Assembly: GCF_009914755.1 (NCBI RefSeq)
Contig: NC_060942.1
Source of the DNA: the human T2T-CHM13v2.0 reference genome, Homo sapiens
Reading direction: 5' to 3' (one strand)
DNA: 64,000 nucleotides
The position numbers were made by a program, and so were the translations under genes. This document shows positions 14,787 through 28,003 of the stretch, piece by piece (the first letter of the stretch is position 1; every line of letters starts with the position of its first letter). Under the pieces are notes generated by a model. The model saw only the letters and a list, made by a program, of their open reading frames with translations, was not told the DNA's origin and made no database searches.

Positions 14787-17159
14787 CTCTTTACTATTAA
14801 TTCTTTCCTGTTCGACAGTGTCCTTGGAAGTCGTGTGTTCTGCAAGGCATAGCTACAAGATTGAAGCAGCCTGGGGCCTTTGGTAGCCATATGGAGAAGA
14901 ACTAACCAAGGAAGCTGCTTTAACAGCAGCTTGACTCTCTTTGTATTTCAGAAGTTTCGGAGTGTATCTGTAATGCAGCATAACTTGGCCTATCCTGACT
15001 ACTAAAGCTCCCAAGGCCTCACAGGTACCCGTACTGCTGTCCCATCTGAGTTCCTTCCCAACCCAGTCATCCAGCCAGCTCGGGTTCCTGGACTGTGGAG
15101 CCCACACCTGCCCAGTTCTTTTTCGATTTCTTCTTTAGTCAATCCCTTCTCTCTTCAGCCTTTGAACTACCCAGACTTTATCCACATCTACCCCGCTGGG
15201 ACAACCTGGCCTAATTATCCTCACTGGGCCTACACCTGGGGGATAAAAAGTCTATTTTGGTTTTTCCTCCTAGGCCCTGCCTAGCAACTTCTCTTTTTTT
15301 CAACTCTATTCTTGCCTAATTAGTCTGCCACAGTGAAAAACAAAGCACAAAATCTCTGAATAAGTACTGTACTAAATTATTAATAAATCATCTAGCTTTA
15401 ACTGCAATTGCAGAGCTCTGGGAGTGGAGATAAGGGAAAAAATTATTTTCCTTTATTCATGCCAAGTTGGCACTTTGGTCAAAGGCCTGAGATCCTGGCA
15501 TGGGAAGTTCCACGGAAACAGTTTATTCAAAAGTATAACTTAGCTGGGGCAGGGAACTCAGCTCTCACCCCACATCCACCTGGGTCCAAAATCAGCATCC
15601 CATAAAATGAATGCATTCCATGGTGTGTTTAGGAAGAAGTACTTATTTTACTGAAATCTTCAGCAAATGAAAAAACAGAGATGAAAGATCCCAGCTCACA
15701 CCTCTTAGTAAATTAAATTTCCCATCCAACTTTTTCTTTATTCCACTCCCTACTCCTGCTGCCCACATTTTTCTCCCCTGCCAGTGGTGTCTTTTCTCCT
15801 CTTACTTACCCCTTGTACAGCCTCTAAGAATTCCTTCTTACATCCTGAGCAACTTAGCTTTCCCCCTCAACTTGTATCCCTCATTCAGCAAAACAAAAGG
15901 TCCTGGAGTTAGTGAGACAGTCATGATGTTTCCTCACATGGGTCCCTGGTGAAGTGGGGTCAGCCACCACCCACCACCCACCACCTCCTAAAGCAGTTTA
16001 ACAAAAACAAATAATACTATCAACCCTATTGTTAGAGAGGAACGTTAACAGTTTTCGGCCACAGCCTGGCCATCTGCCTTTTTCTTCCTTTCAGATTGTC
16101 TCATGTTATCATTCTGCAGGAGGGGACACCTTTCTTTGTTAGTGACTGCAGCTGAAGTCATCTACGCCCTGAGATGTTGTCCTTTGAAGGGTGCCTGCCT
16201 TTCTTGACCTGGCCTGTTTGTTCTCCCCCAGTCATAACACAGCTCCTGCCAGTTCTCTGGCCTCCGTGAACTCTCAGCTTTGACTGCAGCTGGATGGCAG
16301 GAAGCTTGTTCTGGCCAATGCTCATTGTTCCTAGAGTTTGTTACTACATTAATGGTTCAAAGCAATCATCTTCTTTTGCTCTCATTTTGGAGTCCCGTGT
16401 GTTTTCCCCATCCGCCTCTATTATCCCGAGCGCCTTATTTTTCCTCTTGATCCAAACCAAACACTGTTTATCAGTCATAGGAAGGACTTTGCAATGTTTC
16501 TGCCCACAGTGCAGCGTGATACACAGGGCTTCCTGTGTAAGCGTGGCCTCACTCCAAGACAATGGAATAAGCCTGCAGGGTAGATCAGAGAGTCCTAGAC
16601 TGGAATCGCTTGTACTGGGGCCACTGAGACAGATCTGTCCTTTCTCTGCCTGTGTCATTGATCCACAGAGAGGGCCTCAGATGTTAACTTCAAAAGCTAG
16701 GGGTGATCGGACCTTTCTCAGGGAGGACCTGGTTTGCATTGAGGGCGGCTCAATAAAGAACAAGAGGAGTGATTCCTGTTGAGCAGCAGAGGTTGTAGAA
16801 ACGCTTGTACTTCTAAAGCTACTCTGAGCCTGATAAAACTCATGGGGTGCTATCCCCCTGCAGCCCACTGGAGCTGGAGGTGGTTGATAGGGTCGCATCC
16901 ACTCTCGCTCTTTGGAGACATCTGTAGCTGTGGGCAGACCCCTTGCCTGACTGAGGAGGCCGAAGGAGAGAGACATCCTTCCCATCGCAGAGCCTCTGCT
17001 CACCATGCATGTGAATTTGTCAAGCTCCCTCACCTGCCAGGGGCCATGTTTCTTTATCTGTAACCCAAGGAAGCTGGACTCTTGATCCGTCATCCTGTGC
17101 TATTAGGGGGGATTCTGTAAAGTGCTGAGTAGATAGTACAGAATGTGCAGGTGACTTGG

Positions 17160-17520
17160 CTCATGTATCCAATGATGAACACTCATGGAGTCCCTCCTGG
17201 GTGGTAGTAGGAATGGTGCTGGGCACTGGGAATACAAGGACAGCTAAGAGACAGTCTTTGCCCTTGAAAAACTCACAGTCTAGTAAACAACACACGAATA
17301 AACAAATAATTGTGATTCAACATGTAAGTGGTATACTCTATGTAGGTGAGTACAGCGTGCTTGTAGGAGCCTAGAGAGGGGCTGCTGCTGCTGCCTGGAG
17401 GCCTGAAGTGGCCTTCTAGAGATATTTGATCTTTACCAGGCAGAGAAGAGGCTGCGGGAGGCCCATGAAGAGTGTGTTCCAGTTAGAGGAACAGCCTGAG
17501 CACAGTGCGTTGTTCTTGGA
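17160..17520 (-). mobile_element. L2 fragment
   Basis: gtgctgggcactgggaataca...gcccttgaaaactcacagtctagt...aaacaaataatt. Confidence 0.7.
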
Positions 17521-18814
17521 AAGTGGCCGTCATCTCCCTACTCATCCGTAGTTGCTGCTCCCCAAAGCCGGCCACATGAGCCCATCTCTGGTTCATGCCT
17601 AAGGGGACCGGGGGCAGACATGTGGTTTCAAAGAAGCCAGCTTATAGCTTGTTTAGGGCTCCATGACTTGTGGCCTGGATTGCAGAGATGAGCTAGCCAA
17701 GCCAGTCATGGCTCAGGATTTTCACATTGGGAAACAAGGAGACTGTTGCCAGTTGTCTGGGGGAACTGGGGTGACTTTGCATGAAAGGAGAGGCTGAGGC
17801 AAATCATGGGGGCTGAACCATGGGTGTGCAGAGTTGTGCTGGAGTGTAAACCATGGAGAGCAGAGCAGCACAGGGATGAGGAGGGAACTGGCCCCATAGC
17901 AAGACTTTGTGTTTGCCTCTTCCTGGCCTGGTGGGTTTTGCTGTTTAGCCTTTCTTTTTGGGCTCCTTGCATCACATGTAAAGTCAAAGTTCAGGCTCTG
18001 TACACATGCATGCATCATCCTAGGGCTGTCATTTCTACCAGATAATTCCTTTTCCAACCACAGCCTTGGTGAACGGCAAACTTCTTTAGAGCTTACCCTG
18101 GTCAACAGATAGAATGTATGCAGTTCTTTTCTCAGCCCTTCAGGATTTTAAGCAGGTAGAGAGGTTCTCACGTCCCTCCGGTGTGGTCTGTTCCTGCTGG
18201 ATCTCACTCTCCTCCTCAGACAGTAGAGCTTGGACCCCCTGCCATCAGACCCACTTGGTCTGAATTCCTGTTGGGTTTCATCTTTTACCAACTGCTCTGA
18301 ATGTGAGCTGGCACATGGGGGATTTCTCTCCTAGTTTCAAGTATGTATGGAGACCAAAATGTTATCTTACTGCTTTCCACAGCCATTCCATGTTTTGGGA
18401 CCAGGACAGGTGTAGTGGGCTCTGTATTCAGCTAAGGCCTGAGCTTGGTGCAATGCTATTGTCTTTCCCAGAGCTCTGGCATTCTTGGGTGAAACTTACC
18501 AGTCTTTAAGTTGTACCTTGCAATTAAAAGGGCTCCAACTAGAACAGACATGTTGTGGTCAGGGAAAGACATGATGACGAGGGTAGTGATGAGTAGCTTT
18601 ATCTTTGGGAGTTCACAAAGTTTTAGGCCAGGTATGATAGAACCTGTGTGTGAGAAGAGCATAGCACCAGAGATTTGAAGGAAAAAGACCCATCTGGGAG
18701 TGGGAACGGGGAAGAGAAGGGAGGCAGAGTCATTCTACAGCCGTCACGCTAATCCAGGTGAGAGGTGATGAGGTCTTGAACAGGGGCAGTGTAACAGGGT
18801 TATTTACAGAAAAA

Positions 18815-19035
18815 AAAGAGGCTAACATGTATGAGTATCTGATCTGTCTACACTAGTCCTTTTCCATGTGTTTGCTCATTTAATGTTTATAACACCCCTG
18901 AGACCTCCATATTTAATTATTATCCCCATTTTATAGATAAGAAATTACAAGCTCTGAGAGATTAAGTAACTTGATCCAGGTAATATGACTAGGAACTGAT
19001 TGAGTCAAATTTGAACTTAGGTCTCTGACACCATG
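18815..19035 (-). mobile_element. MIR
   Basis: ttattatccccattttatagataagaaa...gagagattaagtaacttg. Confidence 0.8.
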
Positions 19036-19048
19036 GCCATCCATATTC

Positions 19049-19343
19049 TTTTTTTTTTCTTAGAGACAAGTTCTTGCTCTGTTGCCCAGCCTGGAGCGCA
19101 GTGGCGTGATCATGGCTCACTGCAGCCTTAACCTTCTGGGCTTAAGTGATCGTCCTGTCTCAGTCCCCCAAGTAGCTGGGACTACAGGTATGTGCCGCCA
19201 CACCCAGCTAATTTTTAAAATTTTTGTAGAGACTGTGTCTCGCTATGTTGCCCTGGATGGTCTTGAACTCCTGGGTTCAAGTAATACTCTTGTCTTGGCC
19301 TTCCGAAGTGCTGGGATTACAGGTGTGAGCCACTGCACTTGAC
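19049..19343 (-). mobile_element. AluJ
   Basis: poly-T, gctcactgcagcctt..., cgctatgttgccc; TSD atattcttt on both sides. Confidence 0.93.
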
Positions 19344-19374
19344 AATATTCTTTTCTTTACATAAGGACTTATAA

Positions 19375-20140
19375 AATAAGAATTGGCAATATTTGTATAT
19401 GGAAGATGAGGAAGAGAGAAGGAGAGAGAAGAACTCTTGAGGTTACTAGCTTGGGTAGCTGTGAATTGGTGATGATGCTAAGTGAGAGAAGGGATACAGG
19501 AGGCAGAACATGCTTGGGGAGGAAGGAAATTAGTCCATTTTGTGCAGTGCTTGGAAGTCATCCAGGTAGAGATTTCTAGTGAATAGTTGGAAATATGAGT
19601 CTGGAGTCCAGGAGAGAGTTCAGCTGGAGACATCCCTTTTGGTGTCGTTGGTTAACTGTTAGTTATAGAAACCAAGGGAGAGGATGAAATTCTTTAGTGA
19701 GTTTGTGAAGTAAGTGGAGAGTCAAGGATGTAACAGGGAGCCATCAACATCTAAGGAGAAAGTGCAGAAGGGGCCAGAAGAGGGGGTGAGAAGAGTGGTG
19801 AGAAAGGTAAGCACAGAATGCATAGGGAGCAAAATCTCAAATACTAAAAAAGGATATTAAAAAAATAAAGAGGAGGTTTTTAATATTAACAAATGCAAAA
19901 GAGATCAAATAGGATATAGACTGAAAAGAAGACCTTGGGTCTGTCATCTAGGAGGTCATCGATGAGCTTTTCAAGGACAAAAAAAGAAGTGATTAATTCT
20001 GCCTGGGGCTGGCTAGAGAAAGGTTCTGAAGGAGAGCTGATATTTGAGTTGGACCATTCAACATTGGTGAGATGGTGACAGGCAGAGAAGAGGGGAAAGG
20101 CACCTCAGGCAGAAGGAGCAACACAGGAAAAAGCAAAACC
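19375..20140 (-). mobile_element. L2 fragments
   Basis: Purine-rich antisense L2 motifs (catccaggtagagatttctagt...ttggaaatatgagtctggagtccaggagagag). Confidence 0.7.
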
Positions 20141-20427
20141 CCAAACGAAGAGATCCTTTGGAATTCCATTGCGCTCTTTGGACTTTTACAGGCAGCATCA
20201 ATCTGGCAGCACGAGTCTATTAGGCCATGTTTTGTTTTCTCCATGTTGGAGAATCTTAAGGTTTCTTTTTCTACTTTAGACATAATAATTGAGATTGGGA
20301 AATATAATTGGTGTCTTCCAAAGAGACATATGGTTCAATATTTTATGAAAATAAGAGTTCTAAAAAAACAGAGGAAGTGGGACGACTCTGCAAATCCATC
20401 TCATAGAGCATGTCATAATTTGGAAAG

Positions 20428-20810
20428 GTAATATGTGCTAGCTGTTGTCACAAATGGCTCCCGAACTCTCAGAGGCTTAAAACAATCCAAGTTTAGTTCT
20501 CACTCACATGGAGCCTGATGGGGTCCAGCAGCTCTTCTGGGCAGCTCTCCTTCATGTAGTGACTCAGAGATCTGCCCTCCTTCTACATGTGCTCTGCATT
20601 CTTGGATCCTTTCACTCCCAGCCATGTGGACAGGAAAAGAAACCATAGGGAAATCATACCAGATGCCGAGTCTGGAAGGAACATTTCACTGCCGTTCACA
20701 TTCCATAGACCATATTCGGCAAATGGCCCACCCTACCTAACTGCAGAGGAGACCCGAAAATGTCCATGAGCACATTGGTATGGGTGAGCACTAACGGTAT
20801 ATGCCCACTG
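20428..20810 (-). mobile_element. MLT1-type MaLR LTR
   Basis: gctagctgttgtcacaaa...ggcttaaaacaat...ttctcactcacat...cctaactgcag...ggtgagcactaa. Confidence 0.7.
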
Positions 20811-21559
20811 ATGATTGATTATTAAAATATTGATTATTAAAATTTTATTTGCTTCACCTGAAAAATGTGAATGGATTTAGGCATTGTCCATTTTCTACAT
20901 TTTGCAGATAGCCTTGCTCCTCTGATTCCTTGGGGCTCAATAGTTCAGACTGTTATTAAAGGCAGATTTTTGTATTATAAGAACTCTGCCCTGAGGCTGT
21001 GAGCGACTTGAGTACAGGGTTAAAAACTATAGAATTATGTTTCTAGGGGTTTTCAAAGTGAACCGAGTTCTCAAGGTAAATTCAATTTCGTGGGTTTAAG
21101 GTGAATCAGTCGTTGTGGTTGGCATCATGGAGCATGCTACAGCGGAAAAGAAGGTCTTTAAGGAAGATTACATCTACCATGCAGGAATGGGTGGGAATGA
21201 AGTGGGAATGGGCATAGGGGTGAAGGAGAATGGGTTTCATGTCATAATGGTGCAATATCAAGACTGTGTTTTGCATATTCAACCAAGTCAATCTTAATTT
21301 TGGGCAAATAATATTGTAAAAATGTTTACAGCAATTTTTTTTAAAAAAATACACTATTCTTTTTTATTTTTCTATGTTTTCCCGCAGTTTGTCTTCATAT
21401 GCATGCAAAACCTTCATGTAGCGGGGCTCATCGCATGCATCTTTGATTCTAGCGTTTTCACACATCACACCGTCTACCGTCTCCCACCCCAACTCTACCT
21501 ATGCTTCTCTCCTTTGGCTCACCCCATTCTGATCACATGGATAATCCCCTTCCTGACCT

Positions 21560-21850
21560 ATCAAGCTCTTTCCTATCTCAACATGTTTGTAGCTGATGTC
21601 CTCTGGGATGCTTTTCACTGAGCTCTTCACATGACTGGTTCATTCTTACTTTCAGGTCTTGGCTCAAAGGTCATTCCCCTCAGAGGGAATTTCCCTGAAC
21701 ATCATATGAACAGAACGCCTTCCCATTCTTCTCTATTGCATCATATCACATCATCACGCTTATTCGCATCATGTCATTTTTCACCATCTATAGATATCTT
21801 TCACTCCTTACTTATGTTTATGTTTGCCTCACTAGAACATAGCTTCTGTA
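21560..21850 (+). mobile_element. L2 3' fragment
   Basis: ttcaggtcttggctcaaaggtcattcccctcagaggg...ttccctga...cactagaacatagcttc. Confidence 0.65.
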
Positions 21851-22090
21851 ATGAACATTATTATGTATGTAATCTTTCCTCTTCTTTGAATTATTCCTGT
21901 GGACTCTTTTCCTGAATAAATTCTCAGGAGTGAGATTATTGAATTGAATATTGTGAACCTTCTTATTGTTTTTGAGATACGGTTGCCATAGCACTCTCCA
22001 AAAGTTGTATCGATGTACACTGCCATCAGCGAAATGTCTTTGTACCCATTTTACTACATTATAAATCATTGTCAGTACTGGGTTATACAC
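21851..22090 (-). mobile_element. Old L1M fragment
   Basis: aatgaacatt...taaattctcaggagtgagattattg...ctctccaaaagttgta...tacactgccatcagc. Confidence 0.55.
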
Positions 22091-24420
22091 ACACATGTGA
22101 AATTTGGCAAAATGACTAGGTGTATTTAAGGATTGATTTATGAATCATTTGAGATTAACAATTACTTGAGCATGAGATAATATCCTGCATACTGAATTCT
22201 TCAGGCCAAACTTTCAAGATAATATATTTCTTTATTAGTATTTTTTTAATCAGTTCTCTATCCTGCAAGTAATGAAGCATCCTCTGGAGGAGCATCAAAG
22301 CAGAGAGAAAGCACCCAGCCATCCTGAGAACCACATCACTCTCTCCACCAGTCATTCAGCTATGCCTCTCAATCATCAGAGTTACGAGTCTGCAAATTGG
22401 AGGCTTCAAATGTCTTTAACTGCTTAGAATATGTGGGTGAGGTATAATTTCGCTTTATTTAGCTTATTTACTATCAAAATAAGCAAGTTAGATTTATAGA
22501 AAATAACTAGGATCTCTGAGGCATGAAGCAGGGTATCAAATACAGGCAGACTTCGGAGATGTCGTGGGCTCGGTTCCAGATCACCACAGTAAAGCAATGT
22601 CACATGAATTTGTTGGTGTCCCAGTGCATATAAAGTTATGTTGACAATACTGCAGTCTAGTAACTGTGCAACAGCATCATGTCTAAAATAATTTATATAA
22701 CTTAATTTAAAAATACCTTCTGTTAAAAAATGCTAACGATCATCAGAGCCTTCAGTGACTTTCACTCTTTTTGCTGGTGGAGGGTCTTGTTTTGATGTTG
22801 ATGGTTGCTGACTGATCAGGGTGTTGGTTATGGCAATTTCCTAAAATAAAACAACAATGAAATTGGCTGCAGTGATTGACTCTTTTTTCTCACAAGAGAT
22901 TTTTCTGTAGCATAGGATGATGTTTGATAGCATTTTACCCATATTAGAACTTTTAAAACTGGAGTCAATAGTCTCACACCCTGTCCCTGATATATCAGCT
23001 AAGTTGACGTAATATTCTAAATCCTTTGTTGTCATTTCAGCAATGTTCAACAGCTTCTACAACAGGAGTCGTTTCCATCCCAAGAAACCACTTTCTTTGC
23101 CCATCATAAGAAACAGCTCCTCATCAGTTCATGTTTGATCGTGAGATTGTAGCAATACGGTCACATCTTCAGACTCCACTTCTAATTCCAGTTCCCTTGC
23201 TATTTCCACCACCTCTGGAGCTCCTTCCTCCACTCAAGTCTTGAGCCCCTGAAAGTCATTCATGAGGGTTGGAATCAACTTCTTCCAAACTGCTGTTAAT
23301 GCTGATCTTTTGATCCCCTCCCGTGAATTGCAAATGTTCATAATGACATTTAGAACAGTGAATCCTTTCCAGAAGGTTTTCAATTTACTTTGCCCATATC
23401 CATCAGAGGAATCACTATCCATAGAAGCTACACCCTTGCAAAATGGATTTCTTAAATAGTAAGACTTGAAAGTCAGAATTACTCCATGATCCATGGGCTG
23501 TAGAGTGGATGTTGTGTTAGCAGATATGAAACATTAATCTCCTTGCACACCTCCATCAGAGCTCTGATGCGCCTTAGACCAGGTGCATTGTCAACGAGCA
23601 GTATTTTGAAAGGAATATTTTTGTCTGAGCAGTAGGTATCAACAGTGAGCTTAAAATATTCAGTAAACCATAATATAAATAGATGCACTGTTATCCAGGC
23701 TTTGTTCCATTTATAGAGCACATGCAGACTAGATTTAGTATCATTCTTTAGGGCCCTAGAATTTTTAGAATGGCAAATGAGCATCAACTTCAACTTAAAG
23801 CCACCAGCTTCATGAGCCCTTAAAAGACAGTCAGCCTGTCCCTTGATGCCTTGAAGCCAGGCATTGACTCCTCCTCTCCAGCTACAAAAAGTCCTAGATG
23901 GTATCTTCTTCCAGTAGAAGGCTGTTCCATATTCACTGAAAATCTGCTGTTTGGTGTAGCCACCTTCATCAGTGACCTTAGCCAGATCTTCTAGATAACT
24001 TGCTGCAGCTTCTCCATCAGCGCTTGCTGCTTCACCTTATACTTTTATGTTACAGAGATGGCTTCTTTTTTTAAACCTCATAAACCAACCTCTGCTGGCT
24101 TCCAAAGTTTCTTCTGCAGCTTTCTCTTCTCAGCCTTCATAGAATTGAAAAGAGGAGCTTGATCTGAGTTAGGCTTTGGCTCAAGGGAATGTTGCAGCTG
24201 GTTGCATCTTCTATCCAGACCGCTCAAACTTTCTCCATACCAGCAATAAAGAGTGTTTTACTTTGTTATCATTCATGTATTCACTGAAGTGGCACTTTTA
24301 ATTTCCTTCAAGAATCTCTCCTTTGCATTTTCAACTTGGCTAACTGGTGCAAAAGGCCTAGCTTTTGGCCTATCTTAGCTTTCAACAAGCCTTCTTCACT
24401 CACTGGCTTAATCATTTCTA

Positions 24421-24567
24421 GTTTTTTCTTTCCTTCCTTCCTTCTCTTTTCTTCCTTGCTTCCTCTTTCTTTCTTCTCCTTTCTTCCTTCCTTCCTTTCT
24501 CTCTCTCTCCTTTCTTCCCTCTCTCCCTCCCTCCCTTTCTCCTTCCTTCCTTCCTTCCTTCCTTCCT

Positions 24568-24599
<32 letters not shown>

Positions 24600-24612
24600 T
24601 CCTGCCTGCCTC
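24421..24612. repeat. Polypyrimidine compound microsatellite ending (CCTT)7(CCTG)7CCTT(CCTG)2
   Basis: Read directly; occupies the tail position of the adjacent FLAM. Confidence 0.95.
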
Positions 24613-24708
24613 TCCCCAAGCTGGACTCCAACTCCTGGGCAAAAGCCATCCTCCCACCTCAGCCTCCTGAGCAGTTGTGACTACATATGTGTGCCACTAT
24701 GTCTGGCT
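24613..24708 (-). mobile_element. FLAM/Alu monomer inserted in Tigger1
   Basis: Reverse complement agccagacatagtggcacac...ggaggctgaggtgggaggatggc...cccaggagtt; degenerate TSD atttctagtttt / atttttagatttt. Confidence 0.8.
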
Positions 24709-26639
24709 TATTTTTAGATTTTAATTGCAAATGAGAGACATATGACCCTTTCTCTTGAACACTTAGAGGCCATTGAGGGGTTATCAATTGGCTAATTTCA
24801 GTATTGTTGTGTCTTAGGGAATAGGGAGGCCTGAGGAGAGGGGAGAGGTAGAGGAACAGCTGGTTGGTGGAGCAGTCAGAACACACACAACGTTTACTGA
24901 TTACATTTACTGTATTATATAGAGGAACAGTTTGTGACTCCCTCAAACAATTACAGTAGTAACATCAAAGATCACTGATCACACATCATCATAACATATA
25001 ATAATAATGAAAAAAATTGAAATATCATGAGAATTACCAAAATGTGACACAGAGACATGGAGCATGTGCTGTTGGCGGCATGGCACCGATAGACTTGCTC
25101 GATGCAAGGTTGCCCCAACTCTTCCATTTGGAAAAAAATGCACTCTGCGAAGTGCAATCAAGCAAAGTGTAATAAAATGAGGCGTGCCTGTACAATTCTA
25201 CAATATTCATAACGGCCAGAGGATTGTTATTTTACTACTAATAAGAAGTAAAGAGGGCTTCTCTAGTTCCCAAAGAAAAGAATGGGTCAGTAAATGAATT
25301 AATAGAGAAATAAATATAATTTGAATGCCTTGCATAGACCCATAGTGATAAAGTGCTAAGAATCGGAAGAGTATGTTTAACACAATCTTTATGCCTGATG
25401 TCCAACACAAGCGACAAAATAGAACACAAAAATGGAAACACTGAGGTCCAGGCCCGCTCTGATTTTTCTCAATTTAACCAGTGTTTTTTATTCACATATG
25501 TTGTGCTATGGAGGATGACATAAAGATACAGTGATGGTCCTTGAAGTCTTTTTGCTTCCCTGGTTTTCCTACATGCTGGAGCTTAATGAAGGTTCAATAA
25601 TGCCTTGGTTTCCAACTTCCAGGAGCTGACAGAAATAGAGATGCGATTTTATCAAAATACTCAAGGATGTGGCTTCTTCAAAGCAAAGAGTCTGCAGTGA
25701 GAGAAAGGGAGGCCATGTGGGCTGAGGAGAGGCTGGAAGGTGGAGCTTCTCCACCACGCTCAGAGCTCTGCCCTTCCCTTACCTGTGGCCTTGGAAGAAA
25801 CTGGGCTCCCCTGGGGACTTCGGTTGCTTCTTTTGTGCTATGCGGAGGCTGGACTCAGTTAGTGGGTTTTCAACCTCCTCTGATAAAACCTAAGGTTTTG
25901 GAAACACTGAAGATTTAAACTGTCTGAAGAAAGCTGTAATTCTATCTGCTTCATTCGTTCTATAGTTTTACCTTAAAAAAGGTTTTTTTGTTGTGTTGTG
26001 TTTGTTTTTTTCATCTCTGGTGATTTGCCTATCTGGTATTTTCTGAGATCAGAAGCACTCTAGCAACGCTCTTGCTCAAACGCATTCACAAAGCCCAGGA
26101 CCCACAGGGCTCCTTCAGCCTCCCTCCCTTTCTTCTCCATCATGTCTAATTTGGGCTAATTCTGTGTCAGGGCTGGAGGGTGGAGCCTGCAGGTTGCACT
26201 GAGCGTGGCTAGCAGAGGCCTTTGAAAACTCAGGGTGTCCCTTGAGGAAGAGAGAAGAGGCATTAATTAACACCCCAAATCAGTCTGTGACAGTGAGTCC
26301 TGCCCTTAACAAGAGCAGGACTAAGAGGGTCTAAAATGAATTACAGGGTGAGCATAATGTAAATTTAACATTTCGGGACTATTCTGTCTCAGTGTAACAG
26401 CAGACTTCCGTGACAATCTACATTTGCTCAGAAATTCCGCTTGGACAGAGGCTTAATCTTGAGGTCTTAACACTAGTCCCAGAAGGACATTTGGGTGGTA
26501 CGGACACTGATAAGCACAGATGGAACTTGTGAAGCAAGACTTTCCCACCATTCTGTGTGGGATTTTAAGTTCATTGAGTTCTTTGCTCCAAACACTATGT
26601 GAGAGAAAGTGTGCCCAGAAACGTGTAGAGAGCATTTGA

Positions 26640-26970
<331 letters not shown>

Positions 26971-27549
26971 ATCAGATACACTTTAAAGAGTCTCCTGTGC
27001 TGTAGGACGTGCAGTGGTTGGATCCCTCCATAAGCCAGGAGGTTTGGTGTTTTCATCTGCTACACCTGGTGCATAAAACACCCTGGGAAAAACGCAGAGT
27101 ACAGGCCCCTCAGAGCGCCTCTGGTTTCCCCTTCTTTCAGGGCAGGGCTATTTGCCTGATATGCCCTAGTTTTCATCAGGGGTTTTAGAATCCTCATGGG
27201 GCTAATGATAATGAAAGTAGGATTTTTTTTCCTCCCCCACAAAATGCTTAGGTAAAAATTCTGAAGCTCTATCTGTTTCCAGCTGGTTGAAAATAATCTG
27301 GGCCCTCTGGATGCTTGGGAGCCTCTTTGCATGACAAGATCTTAAGGGGAGGCTTCCAGGGGGCCCAGTTCAGGTCCTGGAGCCCTGTCCAGCAAAACCT
27401 ACAGCTCTGCCCCTCTGTCATAGCCAAATAAATATTAATTCACCAGGTCTGAAGATGTATTCTGTCATTCCATATGCTATTGGCATATGAATGTTTCTTT
27501 AGTGGAGAGTTTGCATCAATTTGCAGTTGGCATTTTGTAGTGCCCTTGA

Positions 27550-27704
27550 TTTTTTTAAATTTAATTTTATTATTTGATTTTATTTTTTTAGAGATAGGCT
27601 TTTGCTGTGTTGCCCAGGCTGGATTTGAACCCCTGGGTTCCAGTGATCCTCATGCCTCAGCCTCCTGAGTAGCTGGGACTACAGGCACACACCACTGTGC
27701 CAGA
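27550..27704 (-). mobile_element. FLAM (Alu left monomer)
   Basis: T-rich tail, then gttgcccaggctgg...cctcagcctcctgagtagctgggactacaggc. Confidence 0.8.
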
Positions 27705-27713
27705 GCCCTTGAC

Positions 27714-28003
27714 TTTTTTTTTCTTTTGAGACAAGGTCTCACTCTGTTGCCAGACTGGAGTGCAGTGGCATGATCATGAATCACTGCAGCCTTGAGGGGG
27801 CTCAAGCCATCCTCTTGACTGAGCCTCCCTAATAGTGGGACTACAGGTGCACACCACCATACTTGGTTAATTTTTGTATTCTTCATAGAGATCGTTTCTC
27901 ACTATATTGCCCAAGCTGGTCTTGAACTCCTGGACCCAAGCCATTCTCCTGCCTTAGCCTCCAAACGTGCTGGGATTATGGGCATGAGCCACCGCACCTG
28001 ACC
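27714..28003 (-). mobile_element. AluJ
   Basis: gagacaaggtctcactctg...cactgcagccttg...cactatattgcccaagctggtcttgaactcctgg. Confidence 0.92.

Larger units (their letters stand above)
22543..25190 (-). mobile_element. Tigger1 DNA transposon (TcMar/pogo), near full length, transposase disrupted
   Basis: TIRs caggcagacttcg (22543) / gaggcgtgcctg (to 25190), each flanked by TA; minus-strand fragments KWNKAW..IPFKILLVDNAPG and TFKSYYLRN..SKLKTFWKGFT..VWKKLIPTLM match the Tigger1/TIGD1-type DDE transposase. Confidence 0.95.

Noticed and set aside
22841-23793. TIGD1-like protein as a domesticated gene
   Set aside because: Split over several frames inside a TIR-bounded Tigger1; a decayed transposon copy
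24308-24680. Lys/Glu/Arg-rich and Pro/Ser/Phe-rich ORFs
   Set aside because: Translations of the CCTT/CCTG microsatellite
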